From: Phaeosaccion multiseriatum
Taxonomy: Eukaryota > Protista > Ochrophyta, other classes
Length of the DNA stretch: 64,000 nucleotides
Assembly (NCBI GenBank): GCA_965112735.1
Contig: OZ218958.1
Span: 2,108,001-2,172,000, forward strand
Direction: 5' to 3'
Positions within the stretch are counted from its first letter, which is position 1; every line of letters begins with the position of its first letter. A program made the position numbers and the translations under genes. Of the stretch, positions 12,301 to 27,300 are shown in pieces. Below the pieces are notes generated by a model. The model searched no databases and was not told the DNA's origin. It saw nothing but the letters and a program-made list of their open reading frames with translations.

Positions 12301-15300
12301 CAAAAGGCCCAATCCGGCCCCAGGTTAGGCCCAAAGCAAGCATTTGCGGGGCACAAACAGGCCAAATGACGGGTTGGCGTGTCATACCATGCGCGCGCAG
12401 AGCATTGGATCAGCACGACTGGCCTCACCGACACACTGCATCGCCACAACAGCGCCCAGTGGGGACTCGAATGGGCTCAAAAGGCCCAATCTGGCCCCTG
12501 ATTAGGCCCAAAGCAAGCATTTGCGGGGCACAAACAGGCCAAATGACGGGTTGGCGTGTCATAACATGCGCCCGCAGAGCATTGGATCAGCACGACTGGC
12601 CAATCCGACACACTGCATCGCCATAACAGCGCCCAGTGGGGACTCGAATGGGCTCAAAAGGCCCAATCTGGCTCCTGGTTGGGCCCAAAGCAAGCATTTG
12701 CGGGGCACCGACAGGCCAAATGACGGGTTGGCGTGTCATACCATGCGCCCGCAGAGCATTGGATCAGCACGACTGGCCTCACCGACACACTGCATGGCCA
12801 CAACAGCGCCCAGTGGGGACTCGAATGGGCTCAAAAGGCCCAATCTGGCCCCAGGTTGGGCCCAAAGCAAGCATTTGCGGGGCACAAACAGGCCAAATGA
12901 CGGGTTGGCGTGTCATACCATGCGCGCGCAGAGCATTGGATCAGCACGACTGGCCTATCCGACACACTGCATCGCCACAACAGTGCCCAGTGGGGACTCG
13001 AATGGGCTCAAGAGGCCCAATCTGGCTCCTGGTTGGGCCCAAAGCAAGCATTTGCGGGGCACAAACAGGCCAAATGACGGGTTGGCGTGTCATACCATGC
13101 GCCCGCAGAGCATTGGATCAGCACGACTGGCCTCACCGACACACTGCATGGCCACAACAGCGCCCAGTGGGGACTCGAATGGGCTCAAAAGGCCCAATCT
13201 GGCCCCAGGTTGGGCCCAAAGCAAGCATTTGCGGGGCACAAACAGGCCAAATGACGGGTTGGCGTGTCATACCATGCGCCCGCAGAGCATTGGATCAGCA
13301 CGACTGGCCTCACCGACACACTGCATGGCCACAACAGCGCCCAGTGGGGACTCGAATGGGCTCAAAAGGCCCAATCTGGCCCCAGGTTGGGCCCAAAGCA
13401 AGCATTTGCGGGGCACAAACAGGCCAAATGACGGGTTGGCGTGTCATACCATGCGCGCGCAGAGCATTGGATCAGCACGACTGGCCTCACCGACACACTG
13501 CATCGCCACAACAGTGCCCAGTGGGGACTCGAATGGGCTCAAGAGGCCCAATCTGGCTCCTGGTTGGGCCCAAAGCAAGCATTTGCGGGGCACAAACAGG
13601 CCAAATGACGGGTTGGCGTGTCATAACATGCGCCCGCAGAGCATTGGATCAGCACGACTGGCCTATCCGACACACTGCATCGCCATAACAGCGCCCAGTG
13701 GGGACTCGAATGGGCTCAAAAGGCCCAATCTGGCCCCTGATTAGGCCCAAAGCAAGCATTTGCGGGGCACCGACAGGCCAAATGACGGGTTGGCGTGTCA
13801 TACCATGCGCGCGCAGAGCATTGGATCAGCACGACTGGCCTCACCGACACACTGCATGGCCACAACAGTGCCCAGTGGGGACTCGAATGGGCTCAAAAGG
13901 CCCAATCTGGCCCCAGGTTGGGCCCAAAGCAAGCATTTGCGGGGCACAAACAGGCCAAATGACGGGTTGGCGTGTCATACCATGCGCGCGCAGAGCATTG
14001 GATCAGCACGACTGGCCTCACCGACACACTGCATCGCCACAACAGTGCCCAGTGGGGACTCGAATGGGCTCAAAAGGCCCAATCTGGCCCCAGGTTGGGC
14101 CCAAAGCAAGCATTTGCGGGGCACAAACAGGCCAAATGACGGGTTGGCGTGTCATACCAGAACCGCACAGAGCATTGGATCAGCACGACTGGCCTATCCG
14201 ACACACTGCATCGCCATAACAGCGCCCAGTGGGGACTCGAATGGGCTCAAAAGGCCCAATCTGGCTCCTGGTTGGGCCCAAAGCAAGCATTTGCGGGGCA
14301 CAAACAGGCCAAATGACGGGTTGGCGTGTCATACCATGCGCCCGCAGAGCATTGGATCAGCACGACTGGCCTCACCGACACACTGCATGGCCACAACAGT
14401 GCCCAGTGGGGACTCGAATGGGCTCAAAAGGCCCAATCTGGCCCCAGGTTGGGCCCAAAGCAAGCATTTGCGGGGCACAAACAGGCCAAATGACGGGTTG
14501 GCGTGTCATACCATGCGCGCGCAGAGCATTGGATCAGCACGACTGGCCTCACCGACACACTGCATCGCCACAACAGCGCCCAGTGGGGACTCGAATGGGC
14601 TCAAAAGGCCCAATCTGGCCCCTGGTTGGGCCCGAGGGAAGCATTTGCGGGGCACAAACAGGCTAATTGACGGGTTGGCGTGTCATACCATGCGCGCGCA
14701 GAGCATTGGATCAGCACGACTGGCCTATCCGACACACTGCATGGCCACAACAGCGCCCAGTGGGGACTCGAATGGGCTCAAAAGGCCCAATCTGGCCCCA
14801 GGTTGGGCCCAAAGCAAGCATTTGCGGGGCACAAACAGGCCAAATGACGGGTTGGCGTGTCATACCATGCGCCCGCAGAGCATTGGATCAGCACGACTGG
14901 CCTCACCGACACATTGCATCGCCACAACAGTGCCCAGTGGGGACTCGAATGGGCTCAAAAGGCCCAATCTGGCCCCTGGTTGGGCCCAAAGCAAGCATTT
15001 GCGGGGCACAAACAGGCCAAATGACGGGTTGGCGTGTCATACCATGCGCTCGCAGAGCATTGGATCATTACGACTGGCCTATCTGACACACCGCATCGCC
15101 ATAACAGCGCCCAGTGGGGACTCGAATGGGCTCAAAAGGCCCAATCTGGCCCCAGGTTGGGCCCGAAGCAAGCATTTGCGGGGCACAAACAGGCCAAATG
15201 ACGGGTTGGCGTGTCATACCATGCGCGCGCAGAGCATTGGATCAGCATGACTGGCCTCACCGACACACTGCATCGCCACAACAGTGCCCAATGGGGCGTT

Positions 15301-18300
15301 CAATGGGCTCAAAAGGCCCAATCCGGCCCCAGGTTAGGCCCAAAGCAAGCATTTGCGGGGCACAAACAGGCCAAATGACGGGTTGGCGTGTCATACCATG
15401 CGCGCGCAGAGCATTGGATCAGCACGACTGGCCTATCCGACACACTGCATCGCCATAACAGCGCCCAGTGGGGACTCGAATGGGCTCAAAAGGCCCAATC
15501 TGGCTCCTGGTTGGGCCCAAAGCAAGCATTTGCGGGGCACAAACAGGCCAAATGACGGGTTGGCGTGTCATACCATGCGCCCGCAGAGCATTGGATCAGC
15601 ACGACTGGCCTCACCGACACACTGCATCGCCACAACAGTGCCCAGTGGGGACTCGAATGGGCTCAAAAGGCCCAATCTGGCTCCTGGTTGGGCCCAAAGC
15701 AAGCATTTGCGGGGCACCGACAGGCCAAATGACGGGTTGGCGTGTCATACCATGCGCCCGCAGAGCATTGGATCAGCACGACTGGCCTCACCGACACACT
15801 GCATCGCCACAACAGCGCCCAGTGGGGACTCGAATGGGCTCAAAAGGCCCAATCTGGCCCCAGGTTGGGCCCAAAGCAAGCATTTGCGGGGCACAAACAG
15901 GCCAAATGACGGGTTGGCGTGTCATACCATGCGCTCGCAGAGCATTGGATCATTACGACTGGCCTCACCGACACACCGCATCGCCACAACAGCGCCCAGT
16001 GGGGACTCGAATGGGCTCAAAAGGCCCAATCTGGCCCCTGGTTGGGCCCAAAGCAAGCATTTGCGGGGCACAAACAGGCCAAATGACGGGTTGGCGTGTC
16101 ATACCATAGCCGCACAGAGCATTGGATCAGCACGACTGGCCTATCCGACACACTGCATCGCCATAACAGCGCCCAGTGGGGACTCGAATGGGCTCAAAAG
16201 GCCCAATCTGGCTCCTGGTTGGGCCCAAAGCAAGCATTTGCGGGGCACAAACAGGCCAAATGACGGGTTGGCGTGTCATACCATGCGCCCGCAGAGCATT
16301 GGATCAGCACGACTGGCCTCACCGACACACTGCATGGCCACAACAGCGCCCAGTGGGGACTCGAATGGGCTCAAAAGGCCCAATCTGGCCCTTGGTTGGG
16401 CCCGAAGCAAGCATTTGCGGGGCACAAACAGGCCAAATGACGGGTTGGCGTGTCATACCATGCGCGCGCAGAGCATTGGATCAGCATGACTGGCCTAACC
16501 GACACACTGCATCGCCACAACAGTGCCCAATGGGGCGTTCAATGGGCTCAAAAGGCCCAATCCGGCCCCAGGTTAGGCCCAAAGCAAGCATTTGCGGGGC
16601 ACAAACAGGCCAAATGACGGGTTGGCGTGTCATACCATGCGCGCGCAGAGCATTGGATCAGCACGACTGGCCTATCCGACACACTGCATCGCCATAACAG
16701 CGCCCAGTGGGGACTCGAATGGGCTCAAAAGGCCCAATCTGGCCCCTGGTTGGGCCCGAGGGAAGCATTTGCGGGGCACAAACAGGCTAATTGACGGGTT
16801 GGCGTGTCATACCATGCGCGCGCAGAGCATTGGATCAGCACGACTGGCCTATCCGACACACTGCATGGCCACAACAGCGCCCAGTGGGGACTCGAATGGG
16901 CTCAAAAGGCCCAATCTGGCCCCAGGTTGGGCCCAAAGCAAGCATTTGCGGGGCACAAACAGGCCAAATGACGGGTTGGCGTGTCATACCATGCGCCCGC
17001 AGAGCATTGGATCAGCACGACTGGCCTCACCGACACATTGCATCGCCACAACAGTGCCCAGTGGGGACTCGAATGGGCTCAAAAGGCCCAATCTGGCCCC
17101 TGGTTGGGCCCAAAGCAAGCATTTGCGGGGCACAAACAGGCCAAATGACGGGTTGGCGTGTCATACCATGCGCTCGCAGAGCATTGGATCATTACGACTG
17201 GCCTATCTGACACACCGCATCGCCATAACAGCGCCCAGTGGGGACTCGAATGGGCTCAAAAGGCCCAATCTGGCCCCAGGTTGGGCCCGAAGCAAGCATT
17301 TGCGGGGCACAAACAGGCCAAATGACGGGTTGGCGTGTCATACCATGCGCGCGCAGAGCATTGGATCAGCATGACTGGCCTCACCGACACACTGCATCGC
17401 CACAACAGTGCCCAATGGGGCGTTCAATGGGCTCAAAAGGCCCAATCCGGCCCCAGGTTAGGCCCAAAGCAAGCATTTGCGGGGCACAAACAGGCCAAAT
17501 GACGGGTTGGCGTGTCATACCATGCGCGCGCAGAGCATTGGATCAGCACGACTGGCCTATCCGACACACTGCATCGCCATAACAGCGCCCAGTGGGGACT
17601 CGAATGGGCTCAAAAGGCCCAATCTGGCTCCTGGTTGGGCCCAAAGCAAGCATTTGCGGGGCACAAACAGGCCAAATGACGGGTTGGCGTGTCATACCAT
17701 GCGCCCGCAGAGCATTGGATCAGCACGACTGGCCTCACCGACACACTGCATCGCCACAACAGTGCCCAGTGGGGACTCGAATGGGCTCAAAAGGCCCAAT
17801 CTGGCTCCTGGTTGGGCCCAAAGCAAGCATTTGCGGGGCACCGACAGGCCAAATGACGGGTTGGCGTGTCATACCATGCGCCCGCAGAGCATTGGATCAG
17901 CACGACTGGCCTCACCGACACACTGCATCGCCACAACAGCGCCCAGTGGGGACTCGAATGGGCTCAAAAGGCCCAATCTGGCCCCAGGTTGGGCCCAAAG
18001 CAAGCATTTGCGGGGCACAAACAGGCCAAATGACGGGTTGGCGTGTCATACCATGCGCTCGCAGAGCATTGGATCATTACGACTGGCCTCACCGACACAC
18101 CGCATCGCCACAACAGCGCCCAGTGGGGACTCGAATGGGCTCAAAAGGCCCAATCTGGCCCCTGGTTGGGCCCAAAGCAAGCATTTGCGGGGCACAAACA
18201 GGCCAAATGACGGGTTGGCGTGTCATACCATAGCCGCACAGAGCATTGGATCAGCACGACTGGCCTATCCGACACACTGCATCGCCATAACAGCGCCCAG

Positions 18301-21300
18301 TGGGGACTCGAATGGGCTCAAAAGGCCCAATCTGGCTCCTGGTTGGGCCCAAAGCAAGCATTTGCGGGGCACAAACAGGCCAAATGACGGGTTGGCGTGT
18401 CATACCATGCGCCCGCAGAGCATTGGATCAGCACGACTGGCCTCACCGACACACTGCATGGCCACAACAGCGCCCAGTGGGGACTCGAATGGGCTCAAAA
18501 GGCCCAATCTGGCCCTTGGTTGGGCCCGAAGCAAGCATTTGCGGGGCACAAACAGGCCAAATGACGGGTTGGCGTGTCATACCATGCGCGCGCAGAGCAT
18601 TGGATCAGCATGACTGGCCTAACCGACACACTGCATCGCCACAACAGTGCCCAATGGGGCGTTCAATGGGCTCAAAAGGCCCAATCCGGCCCCAGGTTAG
18701 GCCCAAAGCAAGCATTTGCGGGGCACAAACAGGCCAAATGACGGGTTGGCGTGTCATACCATGCGCGCGCAGAGCATTGGATCAGCACGACTGGCCTATC
18801 CGACACACTGCATCGCCATAACAGCGCCCAGTGGGGACTCGAATGGGCTCAAAAGGCCCAATCTGGCTCCTGGTTGGGCCCAAAGCAAGCATTTGCGGGG
18901 CACAAACAGGCCAAATGACGGGTTGGCGTGTCATACCATGCGCCCGCAGAGCATTGGATCAGCACGACTGGCCTCACCGACACACTGCATCGCCACAACA
19001 GCGCCCAGTGGGGACTCGAATGGGCTCAAAAGGCCCAATCTGGCCCCAGGTTGGGCCCAAAGCAAGCATTTGCGGGGCACAAACAGGCCAAATGACGGGT
19101 TGGCGTGTCATACCATGCGCGCGCAGAGCATTGGATCAGCACGACTGGCCTCACCGACACACTGCATGGCCACAACAGCGCCCAGTGGGGACTCGAATGG
19201 GCTCAAAAGGCCCAATCTGGCCCCAGGTTGGGCCCGAAGCAAGCATTTGCGGGGCACAAACAGGCCAAATGACGGGTTGGCGTGTCATACCATGCGCGCG
19301 CAGAGCATTGGATCAGCACGACTGGCCTATCCGACACACTGCATGGCCACAACAGCGCCCAGTGGGGACTCGAATGGGCTCAAAAGGCCCAATCCGGCCC
19401 CAGGTTGGGCCCAAAGCAAGCATTTGCGGGGCACAAACAGGCCAAATGACGGGTTGGCGTGTCATACCATGCGCGCGCAGAGCATTGGATCAGCACGACT
19501 GGCCTCACCGACACACTGCATCGCCACAACAGTGCCCAGTGGGGACTCGAATGGGCTCAAGAGGCCCAATCTGGCTCCTGGTTGGGCCCAAAGCAAGCAT
19601 TTGCGGGGCACAAACAGGCCAAATGACGGGTTGGCGTGTCATAACATGCGCCCGCAGAGCATTGGATCAGCACGACTGGCCTATCCGACACACTGCATCG
19701 CCATAACAGCGCCCAGTGGGGACTCGAATGGGCTCAAAAGGCCCAATCTGGCCCCTGATTAGGCCCAAAGCAAGCATTTGCGGGGCACAAACAGGCCAAA
19801 TGACGGGTTGGCGTGTCATACCATGCGCGCGCAGAGCATTGGATCAGCACGACTGGCCTATCCGACACACTGCATCGCCATAACAGCGCCCAGTGGGGAC
19901 TCGAATGGGCTCAAAAGGCCCAATCTGGCTCCTGGTTGGGCCCAAAGCAAGCATTTGCGGGGCACCGACAGGCCAAATGACGGGTTGGCGTGTCATACCA
20001 TGCGCCCGCAGAGCATTGGATCAGCACGACTGGCCTCACCGACACACTGCATCGCCACAACAGTGCCCAGTGGGGACTCGAATGGGCTCAAAAGGCCCAA
20101 TCTGGCCCCAGGTTGGGCCCGAAGCAAGCATTTGCGGGGCACAAACAGGCCAAATGACGGGTTGGCGTGTCATACCATGCGCGCGCAGAGCATTGGATCA
20201 GCACGACTGGCCTCACCGACACACTGCATCGCCACAACAGCGCCCAGTGGGGACTCGAATGGGCTCAAAAGGCCCAATCTGGCCCCTGATTAGGCCCAAA
20301 GCAAGCATTTGCGGGGCACAAACAGGCCAAATGACGGGTTGGCGTGTCATAACATGCGCCCGCAGAGCATTGGATCAGCACGACTGGCCTCACCGACACA
20401 CTGCATCGCCATAACAGCGCCCAGTGGGGACTCGAATGGGCTCAAAAGGCCCAATCCGGCCCCAGGTTGGGCCCAAAGCAAGCATTTGCGGGGCACCGAC
20501 AGGCCAAATGACGGGTTGGCGTGTCATACCATGCGCCCGCAGAGCATTGGATCAGCACGACTGGCCTCACCGACACACTGCATCGCCACAACAGCGCCCA
20601 GTGGGGACTCGAATGGGCTCAAAAGGCCCAATCCGGCCCCAGGTTGGGCCCAAAGCAAGCATTTGCGGGGCACAAACAGGCCAAATGACGGGTTGGCGTG
20701 TCATACCATGCGCGCCCAGAGCATTGGATCAGCACGACTGGCCTATCCGACACACTGCATCGCCACAACAGCGCCCAGTGGGGACTCGAATGGGCTCAAA
20801 AGGCCCAATCTGGCCCCTGATTAGGCCCAAAGCAAGCATTTGCGGGGCACAAACAGGCCAAATGACGGGTTGGCGTGTCATAACATGCGCCCGCAGAGCA
20901 TTGGATCAGCACGACTGGCCTATCCGACACACTGCATCGCCATAACAGCGCCCAGTGGGGACTCGAATGGGCTCAAAAGGCCCAATCCGGCCCCAGGTTG
21001 GGCCCAAAGCAAGCATTTGCGGGGCACCGACAGGCCAAATGACGGGTTGGCGTGTCATACCATGCGCCCGCAGAGCATTGGATCAGCACGACTGGCCTCA
21101 CCGACACACTGCATCGCCACAACAGCGCCCAGTGGGGACTCGAATGGGCTCAAAAGGCCCAATCCGGCCCCAGGTTGGGCCCAAAGCAAGCATTTGCGGG
21201 GCACCGACAGGCCAAATGACGGGTTGGCGTGTCATACCATGCGCGCCCAGAGCATTGGATCAGCACGACTGGCCTATCCGACACACTGCATCGCCACAAC

Positions 21301-24300
21301 AGCGCCCAGTGGGGACTCGAATGGGCTCAAAAGGCCCAATCTGGCCCCAGGTTGGGCCCAAAGCAAGCATTTGCGGGGCACAAACAGGCCAAATGACGGG
21401 TTGGCGTGTCATACCATGCGCGCGCAGAGCATTGGATCAGCACGACTGGCCTCACCGACACACTGCATCGCCACAACAGTGCCCAGTGGGGACTCGAATG
21501 GGCTCAAGAGGCCCAATCTGGCTCCTGGTTGGGCCCAAAGCAAGCATTTGCGTGGCACAAACAGGCCAAATGACGGGTTGGCGTGTCATACCATGCGCGC
21601 GCAGAGCATTGGATCAGCACGACTGGCCTCACCGACACACTGCATCGCCACAACAGTGCCCAGTGGGGACTCGAATGGGCTCAAAAGGCCCAATCTGGCC
21701 CCTGGTTGGGCCCAAAGCAAGCATTTGCGGGGCACAAACAGGCCAAATGACGGGTTGGCGTGTCATACCATGCGCCCGCAGAGCATTGGATCAGCACGAC
21801 TGGCCTAACCGACACACTGCATCGCCACAACAGCGCCCAGTGGGGACTCGAATGGGCTCAAAAGGCCCAATCCGGCCCCAGGTTGGGCCCAAAGCAAGCA
21901 TTTGCGTGGCACAAACAGGCCAAATGACGGGTTGGCGTGTCATACCATGCGCGCGCAGAGCATTGGATCAGCACGACTGGCCTATCCGACACACTGCATC
22001 GCCACAACAGTGCCCAGTGGGGACTCGAATGGGCTCAAAAGGCCCAATCCGGCCCCAGGTTGGGCCCAAAGCAAGCATTTGCGGGGCACAAACAGGCCAA
22101 ATGACGGGTTGGCGTGTCATACCATGCGCCCGCAGAGCATTGGATCAGCACGACTGGCCTCACCGACACACTGCATGGCCACAACAGTGCCCAGTGGGGA
22201 CTCGAATGGGCTCAAAAGGCCCAATCTGGCCCCTGGTTGGGCCCGAGGCAAGCATTTGCGGGGCACAAACAGGCCAAATGACGGGTTGGCGTGTCATACC
22301 ATGCGCTCGCAGAGCATTGGATCAGCACGACTGGCCTATCTGACACACCGCATCGCCACAACAGCGCCCAGTGGGGACTCGAATGGGCTCAAAAGGCCCA
22401 ATCTGGCCCCAGGTTGGGCCCGAAGCAAGCATTTGCGGGGCACAAACAGGCCAAATGACGGGTTGGCGTGTCATACCATGCGCGCGCAGAGCATTGGATC
22501 AGCACGACTGGCCTCACCGACACACTGCATCGCCACAACAGCGCCCAGTGGGGACTCGAATGGGCTCAAAAGGCCCAATCTGGCCCCTGATTAGGCCCAA
22601 AGCAAGCATTTGCGGGGCACAAACAGGCCAAATGACGGGTTGGCGTGTCATAACATGCGCCCGCAGAGCATTGGATCAGCACGACTGGCCTATCCGACAC
22701 ACTGCATCGCCATAACAGCGCCCAGTGGGGACTCGAATGGGCTCAAAAGGCCCAATCCGGCCCCAGGTTGGGCCCAAAGCAAGCATTTGCGGGGCACCGA
22801 CAGGCCAAATGACGGGTTGGCGTGTCATACCATGCGCCCGCAGAGCATTGGATCAGCACGACTGGCCTCACCGACACACTGCATCGCCACAACAGCGCCC
22901 AGTGGGGACTCGAATGGGCTCAAAAGGCCCAATCCGGCCCCAGGTTGGGCCCAAAGCAAGCATTTGCGGGGCACCGACAGGCCAAATGACGGGTTGGCGT
23001 GTCATACCATGCGCGCCCAGAGCATTGGATCAGCACGACTGGCCTATCCGACACACTGCATCGCCACAACAGCGCCCAGTGGGGACTCGAATGGGCTCAA
23101 AAGGCCCAATCTGGCCCCAGGTTGGGCCCAAAGCAAGCATTTGCGGGGCACAAACAGGCCAAATGACGGGTTGGCGTGTCATACCATGCGCGCGCAGAGC
23201 ATTGGATCAGCACGACTGGCCTCACCGACACACTGCATCGCCACAACAGTGCCCAGTGGGGACTCGAATGGGCTCAAGAGGCCCAATCTGGCTCCTGGTT
23301 GGGCCCAAAGCAAGCATTTGCGTGGCACAAACAGGCCAAATGACGGGTTGGCGTGTCATACCATGCGCGCGCAGAGCATTGGATCAGCACGACTGGCCTC
23401 ACCGACACACTGCATCGCCACAACAGTGCCCAGTGGGGACTCGAATGGGCTCAAAAGGCCCAATCTGGCCCCTGGTTGGGCCCAAAGCAAGCATTTGCGG
23501 GGCACAAACAGGCCAAATGACGGGTTGGCGTGTCATACCATGCGCCCGCAGAGCATTGGATCAGCACGACTGGCCTAACCGACACACTGCATCGCCACAA
23601 CAGCGCCCAGTGGGGACTCGAATGGGCTCAAAAGGCCCAATCCGGCCCCAGGTTGGGCCCAAAGCAAGCATTTGCGTGGCACAAACAGGCCAAATGACGG
23701 GTTGGCGTGTCATACCATGCGCGCGCAGAGCATTGGATCAGCACGACTGGCCTCACCGACACACTGCATCGCCACAACAGTGCCCAGTGGGGACTCGAAT
23801 GGGCTCAAAAGGCCCAATCCGGCCCCAGGTTGGGCCCAAAGCAAGCATTTGCGGGGCACAAACAGGCCAAATGACGGGTTGGCGTGTCATACCATGCGCC
23901 CGCAGAGCATTGGATCAGCACGACTGGCCTCACCGACACACTGCATCGCCACAACAGCGCCCAGTGGGGACTCGAATGGGCTCAAAAGGCCCAATCTGGC
24001 CCCTGGTTGGGCCCAAAGCAAGCATTTGCGGGGCACAAACAGGCCAAATGACGGGTTGGCGTGTCATACCATGCGCTCGCAGAGCATTGGATCAGCACGA
24101 CTGGCCTATCTGACACACCGCATCGCCACAACAGCGCCCAGTGGGGACTCGAATGGGCTCAAAAGGCCCAATCTGGCCCCAGGTTGGGCCCGAAGCAAGC
24201 ATTTGCGGGGCACAAACAGGCCAAATGACGGGTTGGCGTGTCATACCATGCGCGCGCAGAGCATTGGATCAGCACGACTGGCCTCACCGACACACTGCAT

Positions 24301-27300
24301 CGCCATAACAGCGCCCAGTGGGGACTCGAATGGGCTCAAAAGGCCCAATCTGGCCCCTGATTAGGCCCAAAGCAAGCATTTGCGGGGCACAAACAGGCCA
24401 AATGACGGGTTGGCGTGTCATACCATGCGCCCGCAGAGCATTGGATCAGCACGACTGGCCTCACCGACACACTGCATCGCCACAACAGTGCCCAGTGGGG
24501 ACTCGAATGGGCTCAAAAGGCCCAATTTGGCCCCTGGTTGGGCCCGAAGCAAGCATTTGCGGGGCACAAACAGGCCAAATGACGGGTTGGCGTGTCATAC
24601 CATGCGCCCGCAGAGCATTGGATCAGCACGACTGGCCTCACCGACACACTGCATCGCCACAACAGTGCCCAGTGGGGACTCGAATGGGCTCAAAAGGCCC
24701 AATTTGGCCCCTGGTTGGGCCCGAAGCAAGCATTTGCGGGGCACAAACAGGCCAAATGACGGGTTGGCGTGTCATACCATGCGCTCGCAGAGCATTGGAT
24801 CAGCACGACTGGCCTATCTGACACACCGCATCGCCACAACAGCGCCCAGTGGGGACTCGAATGGGCTCAAAAGGCCCAATCTGGCCCCAGGTTGGGCCCG
24901 AAGCAAGCATTTGCGGGGCACAAACAGGCCAAATGACGGGTTGGCGTGTCATACCATGCGCGCGCAGAGCATTGGATCAGCACGACTGGCCTCACCGACA
25001 CACTGCATCGCCATAACAGCGCCCAGTGGGGACTCGAATGGGCTCAAAAGGCCCAATCTGGCCCCTGATTAGGCCCAAAGCAAGCATTTGCGGGGCACAA
25101 ACAGGCCAAATGACGGGTTGGCGTGTCATACCATGCGCCCGCAGAGCATTGGATCAGCACGACTGGCCTCACCGACACACTGCATCGCCACAACAGTGCC
25201 CAGTGGGGACTCGAATGGGCTCAAAAGGCCCAATTTGGCCCCTGGTTGGGCCCGAAGCAAGCATTTGCGGGGCACAAACAGGCCAAATGACGGGTTGGCG
25301 TGTCATACCATGCGCGCGCAGAGCATTGGATCAGCACGACTGGCCTCACCGACACACTGCATGGCCACAACAGCGCCCAGTGGGGACTCGAATGGGCTCA
25401 AAAGGCCCAATCTGGCCCCTTGTTGGGCCCAAAGCAAGCATTTGCGGGGCACAAACAGGCCAAATGACGGGTTGGCGTGTCATACCATGCGCGCGCAGAG
25501 CATTGGATCAGCACGACTGGCCTCACCGACACACTGCATCGCCACAACAGCGCCCAGTGGGGACTCGAATGGGCTCAAAAGGCCCAATCTGGCCCCTGGT
25601 TGGGCCCAAAGCAAGCATTTGCGGGGCACAAACAGGCCAAATGACGGGTTGGCGTGTCATACCATGCGCCCGCAGAGCATTGGATCAGCACGACTGGCCT
25701 AACCGACACACTGCATCGCCACAACAGTGCCCAGTGGGGACTCGAATGGGCTCAAAAGGCCCAATCTGGCCCCTGGTTGGGCCCAAAGCAAGCATTTGCG
25801 AGCACAACCAGGCCGAATGACGGGTTGGCGTGTCATACCATAGCCGCACAGAGCATTGGATCAGCACGACTGGCCTATCCGACGCACTGCATGGCCACAA
25901 CAGCGCCCAGTGGGGACTCGAATGGGCTCAAAAGGCCCAATCCGGCCCCAGGTTGGGCCCAAAGCAAGCATTTGCGGGGCACAAACAGGCCAAATGACGG
26001 GTTGGCGTGTCATACCATGCGCGCGCAGAGCATTGGATCAGCACGACTGGCCTATCCGACACACTGCATGGCCACAACAGTGCCCAGTGGGGACTCGAAT
26101 GGGCTCAAAAGGCCCAATCCGGCCCCAGGTTGGGCCCAAAGCAAGCATTTGCGGGGCACAAACAGGCCAAATGACGGGTTGGCGTGTCATACCATGCGCG
26201 CGCAGAGCATTGGATCAGCACGACTGGCCTCACCGACACACTGCATCGCCACAACAGCGCCCAGTGGGGACTCGAATGGGCTCAAAAGGCCCAATCCGGC
26301 CCCAGGTTGGGCCCAAAGCAAGCATTTGCGGGGCACCGACAGGCCAAATGACGGGTTGGCGTGTCATACCATGCGCGCCCAGAGCATTGGATCAGCACGA
26401 CTGGCCTATCCGACACACTGCATCGCCACAACAGCGCCCAGTGGGGACTCGAATGGGCTCAAAAGGCCCAATCTGGCCCCAGGTTGGGCCCAAAGCAAGC
26501 ATTTGCGGGGCACAAACAGGCCAAATGACGGGTTGGCGTGTCATACCATGCGCGCGCAGAGCATTGGATCAGCACGACTGGCCTCACCGACACACTGCAT
26601 CGCCACAACAGTGCCCAGTGGGGACTCGAATGGGCTCAAGAGGCCCAATCTGGCTCCTGGTTGGGCCCAAAGCAAGCATTTGCGTGGCACAAACAGGCCA
26701 AATGACGGGTTGGCGTGTCATACCATGCGCGCGCAGAGCATTGGATCAGCACGACTGGCCTCACCGACACACTGCATCGCCACAACAGTGCCCAGTGGGG
26801 ACTCGAATGGGCTCAAAAGGCCCAATCTGGCCCCTGGTTGGGCCCAAAGCAAGCATTTGCGGGGCACAAACAGGCCAAATGACGGGTTGGCGTGTCATAC
26901 CATGCGCCCGCAGAGCATTGGATCAGCACGACTGGCCTAACCGACACACTGCATCGCCACAACAGCGCCCAGTGGGGACTCGAATGGGCTCAAAAGGCCC
27001 AATCCGGCCCCAGGTTGGGCCCAAAGCAAGCATTTGCGTGGCACAAACAGGCCAAATGACGGGTTGGCGTGTCATACCATGCGCGCGCAGAGCATTGGAT
27101 CAGCACGACTGGCCTATCCGACACACTGCATCGCCACAACAGTGCCCAGTGGGGACTCGAATGGGCTCAAAAGGCCCAATCCGGCCCCAGGTTGGGCCCA
27201 AAGCAAGCATTTGCGGGGCACAAACAGGCCAAATGACGGGTTGGCGTGTCATACCATGCGCCCGCAGAGCATTGGATCAGCACGACTGGCCTCACCGACA

